NCBI GenBank assembly: GCA_937944365.1
Contig: CALDET010000059.1
Coordinates: 6,555 to 70,554, forward strand
Reading direction: 5' to 3'
Source: an uncultured Bacteroidales bacterium
GTDB taxonomy: Bacteria; Bacteroidota; Bacteroidia; Bacteroidales; Bacteroidaceae
DNA: 64,000 nucleotides
Below the pieces are notes generated by a model that saw only the letters and a list, made by a program, of their open reading frames with translations, ran no database searches and was not told the origin of the DNA. Of the stretch, positions 10,400 through 18,830 are shown piece after piece. Every line of letters starts with the position of its first letter. Positions within the stretch are counted from its first letter, which is position 1. Position numbers and translations under genes: made by a program.

Positions 10400-11359
10400 A
10401 TGCCTTATTTCTTTCATATCCTATCAAGAAAATACATCCTGTTGTTCTTGTCTGTCTTTTTGTACCTGTCGGTCTTTGCCCAACAAAACGCTTACAGGAC
10501 ATACATCGAGACCTATAAATCGCTGGCTGTGGACCAGATGCACCGTTATGGTATCCCGGCAAGCATTACCCTGGCCCAGGGACTGCTTGAGAGTGCGGCG
10601 GGACAAAGCGTGCTGGCGCGTAAGGCCAACAACCACTTCGGCATCAAGACCGGCGGTACATGGAACGGTCCTTATGTGGTGAAGGACGACGACTTTGCCG
10701 GAGAACATTTCCGCGCTTACCGCTCGGTCGAGGAGTCCTACGAGGACCATTCCCTCTTTTTGCGCAACCGTAAGCGCTATGCTTCCCTGTTTTCGCTGCG
10801 TTCAACCGATTATAGGGGCTGGGCACACGGTCTGAAGGCCGCCGGTTACGCCACAAATCCCCAATATGCGCAGCGGCTGATAGACTTGATTGAGCGTTAT
10901 GACCTGCACCGGTATGATAAGGGTCACGGCAAGACGACCCCATTCGACAGACATAACAGAAATAAGGGCGAGTCTGTCATTGCAGACACCCCGACAGGAG
11001 ACCCGGTCGTAAGCAGATACCTGATTCGCCGTTGCAACTACAACTATTATGTCGTCGCAACGGCCGGGGACACTTATGCGTCAATAGCCAAGTGGGCCGG
11101 TGTCCGCGAACGAAAGTTGCGCAAGTACAATGAAGTGCCGCGCAAGGCCGCGCTGTCACCCGGTGAAATCGTTTTCCTGCAAAAGAAACGTTCCAAAGCC
11201 GCGCGTTCCTTGAGGGGGAAAACGCATACCGTCAGGGACGGAGAGTCGTTGCACGCCATATCCCAGCACTATGGCATACGTGTGGCCACCCTATACAAGA
11301 AGAACAAATTGCCGGCCGGATATGTTCCGCGCGTCGGCGATGTTCTGGTCATTCGCTGA
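10400..11359 (+). CDS. GH73 glucosaminidase with C-terminal LysM domains (peptidoglycan hydrolase)
   Basis: IPASITLAQGLLES, NNHFGIK, FRAY, GYATNPQYA; HTVRDGESLHAISQHYG LysM. Confidence 0.88.
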   Translation: MPYFFHILSRKYILLFLSVFLYLSVFAQQNAYRTYIETYKSLAVDQMHRYGIPASITLAQGLLESAAGQSVLARKANNHFGIKTGGTWNGPYVVKDDDFAGEHFRAYRSVEESYEDHSLFLRNRKRYASLFSLRSTDYRGWAHGLKAAGYATNPQYAQRLIDLIERYDLHRYDKGHGKTTPFDRHNRNKGESVIADTPTGDPVVSRYLIRRCNYNYYVVATAGDTYASIAKWAGVRERKLRKYNEVPRKAALSPGEIVFLQKKRSKAARSLRGKTHTVRDGESLHAISQHYGIRVATLYKKNKLPAGYVPRVGDVLVIR

Positions 11360-11442
11360 CAGGACTTGTATGAGCATAGCCGGCATGTCGCTCCGTCTAA
11401 ATGGGGCGGCATGGTTGTCAGATACGGAAAAACGGATCTGCA

Positions 11443-11696
11443 ACATTAACATTTTTAACTTTCACTTACTTTTGGCGGCGCGTACATGGCTTGTAATTTT
11501 CCCTACATATAGGAACAGGAAAAACTACAAGCCATGTAGTTTTCCCTACAAGCCACCTGCGAAATCCTGTCATAGGGATGGTTTCGGCCGGAAACGGGGC
11601 TTTTTATACGAGAAAAGGACGGCTTTTGCCGTCCTTCCTTACTTCCGTACTACAAAGATAATACATTTTTCGCCGAAAAGCAAATTGTGTTAAAAT
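11443..11696 (-). repeat. Dispersed ~253-bp intergenic element, copy 1
   Basis: Aligns by eye end-to-end with 28542-28794, 39383-39635 and 56955-57186; promoter 11653-11684 (-), hairpin 11615-11636, CTACA-type sites starting at 11482/11503/11525/11546, 20-bp box 11443-11462. Confidence 0.92.
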
Positions 11697-11911
11697 TACC
11701 GGAACGCAGATGCTCCCTCATGATGGCCGGCAGGCAAGCAGCCTGCCGAAATAAATATTGTGCCGTTAAGAATTGTTTGGTTTGAACTTAAATAAGCTGA
11801 AAAAGTAGGACTCTATTTCCAAAAAGTGACCTTGCCGCTTGCGGAATAGGTGGAAAAAGCGTAATTTTGTTTTATTAAACGAACATGTAGAACGAATAAA
11901 GGCAGAAAAAT

Positions 11912-12874
11912 ATGAAAAGGTGGATTGTTTTATCAGCTTTACTTTGTGTGGCTGTTACCGTTTGCCGTGCTCAGGATGACGATGTCTATTTCGTACCTTC
12001 CGGCGTCAAGAGCGAACCGGCCAAAAAAGTTTCACCGGCCCGATATGCGCCGGTCTCTTCCGAAAAGGAATATGCCGACGACTGGGCTTCCGGTCGTGTC
12101 GGCGAGCGGGATGTGGACGACTATAACCGTCGGGGTACGGCCTACCGGGATACCCTGAACAGCGGGGAAGAACTCCCTGAAGAAACGGAAAGCGGCGTGT
12201 ACACCGCCCGTCTGGTCCGTTTCCATTCTCCGCGCGTAGGTATTTATGTGAGCAGTCCTTTCTATGTGGACTATTACGATTATTGGCTGGACCCCTGGTA
12301 TGATTCGTGGTACTGTGGCTGGTGGCCGGGTTACTCCGTAGGCTGGTGGTACGGCTGGGGCTGGCGTCCTTACTGGCACTCCTGGTGGGGCTGGCACGAT
12401 CCTTGGTGGGGACCTTCTTGGGGCTGGCATCATCCCATCTGGAGCACGCCTTCGTGGAGCGTGAGCCATCGTCCGTCGCGGTATATGGCGACCAACCGTC
12501 TGACTTCCTACAGACCGTCGCGCGACTATGCCGCTTCACGGGGCAACAGAAGCGGGTTGAACCGGGGGACGACGGCACGGCCTTCGCGCGGATATACGAC
12601 CGGCACGTCGGGACGCCCATCCCGCCAGTTCGGGACATCGCGCAGCACATACCGGAATATTTCCACTCCGACGCAGCCGCGTTCCCGCTCTATTGATAAC
12701 TCTTCCAACCGCAGCAACCGCTCTTATGGCACACCGTCCAACAGTTCCTCCGGCCGCAGTTTCGGCACGGGCAGCGGTTCGGGACGCAGCATCGGCAGCG
12801 GCAATCACGGTTTCGGCGGTTCAGGCCGTAGCGTGGGAGGCGGTGGCGGCCGTAGCTTCGGCGGACGCCGATGA
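11912..12874 (+). CDS. Exported hypothetical protein with Trp/Tyr/Gly-rich core and Arg/Ser/Gly-rich tail
   Basis: Signal peptide then AQDDDVYF; DVDDYNRR motif; low-complexity C-terminus ending GGGGRSFGGRR; directly upstream of a FadL-like OMP. Confidence 0.75.
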   Translation: MKRWIVLSALLCVAVTVCRAQDDDVYFVPSGVKSEPAKKVSPARYAPVSSEKEYADDWASGRVGERDVDDYNRRGTAYRDTLNSGEELPEETESGVYTARLVRFHSPRVGIYVSSPFYVDYYDYWLDPWYDSWYCGWWPGYSVGWWYGWGWRPYWHSWWGWHDPWWGPSWGWHHPIWSTPSWSVSHRPSRYMATNRLTSYRPSRDYAASRGNRSGLNRGTTARPSRGYTTGTSGRPSRQFGTSRSTYRNISTPTQPRSRSIDNSSNRSNRSYGTPSNSSSGRSFGTGSGSGRSIGSGNHGFGGSGRSVGGGGGRSFGGRR

Positions 12875-12924
12875 TGACCGCAGCAAAGAATAACATAGGG
12901 AAACACAATAAACCAAGAAGTGAT

Positions 12925-14511
12925 ATGAAGAAGACTTTCAAATATTCGTTTGTGCTGTTGGCCATGATGGCTGGTTCCGCTTCGGCACAAGATATATATA
13001 AGGTGGAGGAACTTTCGGGCAACGACCTGAACGGTACCGCCCGCTTCATCGGCATGGGTGGCGCGATGGGAAGCCTTGGCGCGGACCTGTCGGTCATGAG
13101 CACCAATCCCGCAGGCATCGGACTCTATCGCCGCAGCGACTTTGCCTTGACCGGTGGTGTCGGCATCCAGCCTAACGCTGAGGACTTCTACGACATCCGG
13201 AAGGCAAGGGCTTCTTTCGACCAAATTGGCTTTGTATATACGGCCAAATTGGGCGATGATGTGAAATTCGTCAATTTCGGTTTCAATTATCAGAAGCGTC
13301 GCAATCTGAAAAGCTATATCGGTGTGGACAACTTCGCCCTGAACGGAATGTCGCAATCGCAGCAGATGGTGGCTTTGTGTTATGTCAATAACGGCTGGCT
13401 GGACCTGAGTGATGGTTCGTCCGACAGAGAACTGACCACCCCTTTGGCTTTGGCTGGTTATGAAACTTATATGGTAGATTATTCCGAGAATGAAGAAGGA
13501 GAATTCAATGGCTATAAAGGCTGTAAAGCTGATTCTTATACCTATCAACGGGCCAAGTGGGGAGGTGTGCAGCAATACGATTTCAATATCTCACTCAACT
13601 TTCAGGACCAGGTATATGCAGGACTGACGGTCGGGGCATATAATGTGGATATTCACGGATATACGGATTACGGAGAGAAGATTATCAATTCCGAAGACAA
13701 CACTTTGCACGATTACTTCATGACCAACGAAGAGCATCTGACCGGTTCGGGTTTTGACCTCAAGTTGGGCGTGATACTACGTCCCATCGAGACTTCGCCT
13801 TTCCGCATGGGCGTCGCCATTCACACGCCTACCTGGTATGACTTGAAGTCGGAGTCCTATCTGTATATGCAGTCTCCGTTCGAGAATGCCCAGGGCCGTC
13901 CCTATTCCGACTACGGAATAGAATCCGGTGTGAACGAATACAGAATCCGTACGCCGTGGAAGTTCAACATCAGTATGGCGACAACCGTCGGGAACTATCT
14001 GGCACTTGATGCCGAATATGAATATAGCGATTACAGCACGGCGTCCATCAGCTATCGGGACTATTATGACCCGTATTATGACAGTTGGTCGGGACATAAG
14101 GATAGGGCGCTGAATCAGGAAATCAAGCGCTTTATGAAACCCGTCAGCACATTCCGCATCGGAGCCGAGGCACGTGTTGCCGACGGTGTCTATCTCCGTG
14201 CCGGTTACAACTATGTTTCCGCGCCGATGAAGAAGGATGCCTTCCTGAATCTCTTCACCGCCAGCTCTTCTTACTATTATAGCACGAACACGGACTATGT
14301 GAACTTGGGCGACATCAACCGTGTGACCTGCGGATTGGGATGGAGAGGAAAACACTTCTATGCCGATTTCGCCTATCAGTATCAGGCGCAGAAGGGAGAC
14401 CTCTATACGTTCCATATCCCCGAGGACGGTTCGGAACAGAATCGTCTGTCGGCGGCCAAGGTCGATTTGAACCGTCATAATCTGATGTTTACTTTAGGAT
14501 ATAAGTTCTGA
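12925..14511 (+). CDS. OmpP1/FadL-like outer membrane beta-barrel protein
   Basis: GTARFIGMGGAMGSLGADLS..NPAGIG N-terminal motif; C-terminal TLGYKF; ATG at 12925. Confidence 0.82.
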   Translation: MKKTFKYSFVLLAMMAGSASAQDIYKVEELSGNDLNGTARFIGMGGAMGSLGADLSVMSTNPAGIGLYRRSDFALTGGVGIQPNAEDFYDIRKARASFDQIGFVYTAKLGDDVKFVNFGFNYQKRRNLKSYIGVDNFALNGMSQSQQMVALCYVNNGWLDLSDGSSDRELTTPLALAGYETYMVDYSENEEGEFNGYKGCKADSYTYQRAKWGGVQQYDFNISLNFQDQVYAGLTVGAYNVDIHGYTDYGEKIINSEDNTLHDYFMTNEEHLTGSGFDLKLGVILRPIETSPFRMGVAIHTPTWYDLKSESYLYMQSPFENAQGRPYSDYGIESGVNEYRIRTPWKFNISMATTVGNYLALDAEYEYSDYSTASISYRDYYDPYYDSWSGHKDRALNQEIKRFMKPVSTFRIGAEARVADGVYLRAGYNYVSAPMKKDAFLNLFTASSSYYYSTNTDYVNLGDINRVTCGLGWRGKHFYADFAYQYQAQKGDLYTFHIPEDGSEQNRLSAAKVDLNRHNLMFTLGYKF

Positions 14512-14516
14512 TTGAT

Positions 14517-14933
14517 ATGAGAAAGATTGTTTATGCAATGATTTTGGGAGTTGCCGGTTTGTCCGTGTCTTCTTGCCGCTCTCTTTCTTCGGACGTCTTG
14601 GCCGGAGAATGGGATGTCGTGGAGCTGAACGGTACAAGCATCACTCCTTCGGAGCGGACTCCGTTCCTGGGTTTCGACGTTGAGAACAAGACCATATACG
14701 GCTTTTCGGGTTGCAACCGCCTTTCCGGCGGCCTTGACCTGAGTGCGTTCCTGTCTGGGAAGTCCGAATTCGGAAATGTGGCCTCTACCCGTATGCTTTG
14801 TGCGGATGACATTTATGAGAATGACTTCTTTACGGCTTTCGGGAAGGTTTCGAAGCAGCGTTATGCCAAGGGTAAACTGCTTTTGATGGACAAGGATGAC
14901 AAAGTCCTGATGCGTCTGCAAAAGCGGAAATAA
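14517..14933 (+). CDS. META domain (HslJ-like) lipoprotein
   Basis: Lipobox VSSC; W..VELNG, GFSGCNR, ASTRMLC. Confidence 0.85.
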   Translation: MRKIVYAMILGVAGLSVSSCRSLSSDVLAGEWDVVELNGTSITPSERTPFLGFDVENKTIYGFSGCNRLSGGLDLSAFLSGKSEFGNVASTRMLCADDIYENDFFTAFGKVSKQRYAKGKLLLMDKDDKVLMRLQKRK

Positions 14934-14946
14934 GAATGAAGAAAAA

Positions 14947-14988
14947 GAGTTAGTCTCCTGCCGGTCCTTTCCGGTGGGAGACTGATTC
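14947..14988. terminator. Probable bidirectional terminator hairpin between convergent genes
   Basis: GAGTTAGTCTCCTGCCGG / CCGGTGGGAGACTGATTC inverted repeat with G-U pairs. Confidence 0.6.
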
Positions 14989-15042
14989 GTTATGGCCGGT
15001 ATGCGTTTTCGTGATGCCCCGGGGCGGGAAGGTCCGGCATGT

Positions 15043-17109
15043 TTATTTTTCCCGTGACTGTTTCAGCAGGTTGTATGCCTTGTATAGTCCCAGTTCGCCG
15101 GCGCGGCTGAAGTCGGAGATGGCTTTCTCACGTTCGTCTTGCAGCAGATAGACGATTCCGCGATTGAAGTAGGCTTCCGGAAGACGGGAATCCTGTTCTA
15201 TGGCTTTGGTGAAATCGGCAATGGCGGCTTGGGGTGAATGATTGTCCAAGGCATTCAGACAACCACGGTTATAGTATAGGAAAGGGTTGTCCGGTGAAGT
15301 CTGCATGGCTGTACGTATGGCTTCCATTGCTGCGATACGCAGGGCTGCCGCATTGCGGTCATCGCCCGCGGCGGAAGGCACTGATGACGGTTCGACCTTG
15401 CTGTTCTGTAATTTGTCTGCCAGTAAAACCGCATATTGAAGGTTCAGAACCGTCGCGACCTCAGCGTCGGGATGTCCGGACAGTGCGTCCGAAATGTCAG
15501 ACAGTGCGGATGCATCATCGTATAAGTCCCTGTGGATGACAGAACTGAGGAACAGGCGCTCGGACGTACTCAGATGGAGCGTCGTGTCTGACAGTTGCGA
15601 ACGCAGTTGTTCCAGATTGGAACGGTCGGTCGTTGAAGAACCTGTCGTCAGACTGAGCTTCCGGGAACGGAACAGACTGCTGATTCGGGCGGCCTCGTTC
15701 ATAAATCCGGAGGAAGAGTAGCCTTGTCGATTGTGCTGCTTGAATGAGAAGGCGAACATGGGGATCGGGTCGCGCTCTTCCTTGCGGTTTTGTACCTTTC
15801 CAATCCATTCATCCGACAAAATCTTGCTGAATGGGGACTCCAGCGAGTCTGCATCTTCCTCGACCAGCTGTTCGTATTTGTCCAGACTGTGGTCGCTGCG
15901 CCTGCGCACTTTCTTGACCGGCCGGCGTGCCTTTCCGAAAGTAATGTCGAGGTTGGCACGCGAGATGACACTCTCATCGTTCAACGCGCCCCGTATGTCC
16001 CCGATTTTTCTCCGGCATTCCGCTCTGGCCAGATAGCCGGCCAGGAAGTTGGGATATTCCTTGATCAGACGGGAATAGTCGGCTATTGCTCCCTTATAGT
16101 TGCCTGTCTGTTGTCTGAGCAGGGCACGGTTGTAAATGGCCAGCACATTGTCCGGTTCTTTGGCTATGATAAAATCGAAGTCCTCGATGGCACGGTTGTC
16201 GTCGCCGGTGAGCGCACGCAACAGGCCGCGGTTATAGTGTGCCACAAAGTGCTGGGGAACCAGTTCGATGGTCTTGTCATAATCTTCAATGGCCTTTCCG
16301 AAGCGGTTCATGGCATGTCGGGCCGCAGCCCGTACCAGGTAACTCTCATAGTCGCGGGGACGCCATCTGACAGCCTGTGTCAGACAGGAGTCGGCCAATT
16401 GGAAATCATGTTTCTGGTAAGCGTATCTTCCCTTGAAAGCCCATGCCGCGGCTTCTTTGGGATTTCGCGACAGCAGTGTGTCGAGACAGGCTATGCCGGC
16501 AAGCGTATCCTTCTGTTCCAGGGCTATCTGTGCTTTCACGATATAGGCCCGGTAAAAATCAGGGTACTTGTCGAGCACGTGTTTCATATCGGCTGCGGCG
16601 GCAGGATAGTCTTTCAGTTCAACGTAACAGAGTGCCCGGTTGTACAGGGCATTCTGTTCGTCGGGCAACTCGGCGAGAGTGCGGGTATAATCGGCGACTG
16701 CTCCTTTGAAGTCGTTGTTGCGTATGCGGCAGATGCCACGCAGCTGATACAGTTCGACGATGTAGGGATTCAGGTCTATGGCCTTCGTGCAGTCGGCCTC
16801 GGCACCGTGGTAATCGCCCAGCGAGAACTTGGCATATCCCCGGAAGTAGTACGGTTTATACAGGAAAGGTTTGGCCTCGATGGCCTGGTTGAAATAATGG
16901 ATTGCCGTCACGTTGTCGTCATGTCCTAATGCACTCCGTCCCATGTTGATGACATTTTCCGTTTTCACCTGGGCGGAAACGGAGTAGGGGAGCATACACG
17001 CAGGCAGAAGCAGGATGCACAAGAGCGTACCGTGCATTCCGGAAACGGGATACGCACGGAAACGAGATAGCCGTATGCTGTCGGATATGTATGATAGTAC
17101 GGAACGCAT
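15043..17109 (-). CDS. Tetratricopeptide repeat protein (start uncertain)
   Basis: Many TPR repeats (YFRG, YNRA, YNRG..A..D); follows def. Confidence 0.88.
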   Translation of the reverse strand: MRSVLSYISDSIRLSRFRAYPVSGMHGTLLCILLLPACMLPYSVSAQVKTENVINMGRSALGHDDNVTAIHYFNQAIEAKPFLYKPYYFRGYAKFSLGDYHGAEADCTKAIDLNPYIVELYQLRGICRIRNNDFKGAVADYTRTLAELPDEQNALYNRALCYVELKDYPAAAADMKHVLDKYPDFYRAYIVKAQIALEQKDTLAGIACLDTLLSRNPKEAAAWAFKGRYAYQKHDFQLADSCLTQAVRWRPRDYESYLVRAAARHAMNRFGKAIEDYDKTIELVPQHFVAHYNRGLLRALTGDDNRAIEDFDFIIAKEPDNVLAIYNRALLRQQTGNYKGAIADYSRLIKEYPNFLAGYLARAECRRKIGDIRGALNDESVISRANLDITFGKARRPVKKVRRRSDHSLDKYEQLVEEDADSLESPFSKILSDEWIGKVQNRKEERDPIPMFAFSFKQHNRQGYSSSGFMNEAARISSLFRSRKLSLTTGSSTTDRSNLEQLRSQLSDTTLHLSTSERLFLSSVIHRDLYDDASALSDISDALSGHPDAEVATVLNLQYAVLLADKLQNSKVEPSSVPSAAGDDRNAAALRIAAMEAIRTAMQTSPDNPFLYYNRGCLNALDNHSPQAAIADFTKAIEQDSRLPEAYFNRGIVYLLQDEREKAISDFSRAGELGLYKAYNLLKQSREK

Positions 17110-17129
17110 CGCTACGGACAGGCCGGTGA

Positions 17130-17687
17130 CTACTTCACGGGACGCACTTTGTAGGAACAGCGTATTTTACCTTTCAGCATGGCAGACAGTTTGCTCTTGT
17201 TCAACTGTTTGCGCAAGGGAGATATGCGGTCGATGAACATTTTTCCCTCCAAATGGTCGAATTCATGCTGCATGACGCGGGCCAAGTATCCTTCCACCCA
17301 TTCGTCATGTTCCTGGAAATCTTCGTCACAATAGCGCACATGTATCCTTGTCGGGCGGCGTACCGGCTCGTGGATGCCGGGCAGGCTCAGACAACCTTCC
17401 TCCATGGAGGACGTTTCGGTGTCGTCGGTCTCGATGATGTGCGGGTTGATATATGCTTTGTTGAAGCCGGCGTATTCGGGATAGTCATCTTTCAGCACAT
17501 CCAAGGTGATGACCACCAACCGGATGGCTTTGCCTATCTGGGGGGCGGCCAGTCCGACGCCGTCACTGCGGTACATGGTTTCGAACATGTCGGCTATCAA
17601 TTCTTTCAGGCCGGGATAATCGGGCGTGATGTCTTCTGCCACTTTGCGAAGTACCGGTTGCCCGTAAGTATAAATAGGAAGTATCAT
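17130..17687 (-). CDS. def: Peptide deformylase
   Basis: [24 protein letters not shown]. Confidence 0.96.
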   Translation of the reverse strand: MILPIYTYGQPVLRKVAEDITPDYPGLKELIADMFETMYRSDGVGLAAPQIGKAIRLVVITLDVLKDDYPEYAGFNKAYINPHIIETDDTETSSMEEGCLSLPGIHEPVRRPTRIHVRYCDEDFQEHDEWVEGYLARVMQHEFDHLEGKMFIDRISPLRKQLNKSKLSAMLKGKIRCSYKVRPVK

Positions 17688-17726
17688 ATGTTTATAGGTT
17701 TTAATGTTATAGATGCTGATTGGTGT

Positions 17727-18140
17727 TTATCGTTTGCTTTCCATATACGACTGCAGGATAATGGTCGCGCTGATTTCATCGACAAGTGCTTTGTCCTGTC
17801 TCCTCTTCTTTCCCAGCCCTCCGTCTATCATGGCTCTGTGGGCCAGGACGGAAGTGAAACGCTCGTCGTGGAAATCTACCGGAATGTCGGGGTAGGCTTT
17901 CTTGAACCGTGCCACGAATTCCTTTACGCGTTGTTGGTTTTCAGAGGGCTGCCCGTTGGTTTGCACAGGCAGGCCGCAGACGATGCGTTCCACCGTTTCC
18001 TTTTGCAGATAGTCCTTCAGAAATGTGAACAGCTCGTGGGTGGGTACGGTGGCCAGGCCGTTGGCAATGATTTGTGCCATATCCGTGACGGCTATGCCTG
18101 TCCGTTTTTTTCCGTAGTCGATGGCTATTATTCTTCCCAT
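17727..18140 (-). CDS. ruvX: Holliday junction resolvase-like/pre-16S rRNA nuclease RuvX (YqgF)
   Basis: MGRIIAIDYGKKRTGIA, GLP, DERFTS, VDEISATIILQ; ATG at 18140. Confidence 0.92.
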   Translation of the reverse strand: MGRIIAIDYGKKRTGIAVTDMAQIIANGLATVPTHELFTFLKDYLQKETVERIVCGLPVQTNGQPSENQQRVKEFVARFKKAYPDIPVDFHDERFTSVLAHRAMIDGGLGKKRRQDKALVDEISATIILQSYMESKR

Positions 18141-18183
18141 AGTCAAGAAATAAAGAACGCCGGATTGCTGACCGGCTGTGTCA

Positions 18184-18819
18184 TTACCATTTCGTCGTAC
18201 TCTCCATGCAGTTGGCCGCAAGCATATCTGCCGCCTGAATCAGTGCCACAAGAGGTGTCTTTTCCATGGCTGCGCGATAGGCGTAACGGGTGCTGCTGCC
18301 TGTTTCCGTCATTTCGAACATTCCCATGTGCCATCTGATGGCCAGCAGTTCATCTTGTTGAAGGCGCATGAACCAGCTGATGATGATGCAGGACTTTTCT
18401 CCGTGCCCGAAAGGGAACTCATCCTGCAATTCATAACCGGGATAGCTGACCCAACGTCCGGCCTCGTCTTTCTTCCAACGCTCGGCCTTATGATATAACT
18501 TTGTCTTGCAAAGGTCGTGGAACAGGCCTGCAATGGCGAGACTCTCGACTGTTATGTTTTTCTTGAAGACAGACGTCCCGTCCTTGATGGCAGGAATCAG
18601 AATCCCGTCTTGTAACAGAACCGCAGTCTCGAATACGTTCAAGGAGTGCCGGCATAGCCCGCCGTCTTCATTCAGATGGAATGAAGCGGAAGAGGGTGCG
18701 GTGTAGAAATCCGTCTTCTCCAGATAGGCAAGCAGTTCTTCAATGCCATCGCGATGGATGTATTTGCGACAGTAACCTATGAAGCGTTCCTTATTACTCT
18801 GTATTTCTTTTTCGGTCAT
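18184..18819 (-). CDS. HD-domain phosphohydrolase
   Basis: H..GGLCRHSLNV, LFHDLCK, GHGEKS, AIRWHMG, AAD. Confidence 0.82.
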   Translation of the reverse strand: MTEKEIQSNKERFIGYCRKYIHRDGIEELLAYLEKTDFYTAPSSASFHLNEDGGLCRHSLNVFETAVLLQDGILIPAIKDGTSVFKKNITVESLAIAGLFHDLCKTKLYHKAERWKKDEAGRWVSYPGYELQDEFPFGHGEKSCIIISWFMRLQQDELLAIRWHMGMFEMTETGSSTRYAYRAAMEKTPLVALIQAADMLAANCMESTTKW

Positions 18820-18830
18820 TGGATAATGAT

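Noticed and set aside
11482..11560. Palindromic repeats considered as a mini-CRISPR array
   Set aside because: The 15-bp repeats with 6-7-bp spacers are far too short and there are no cas genes
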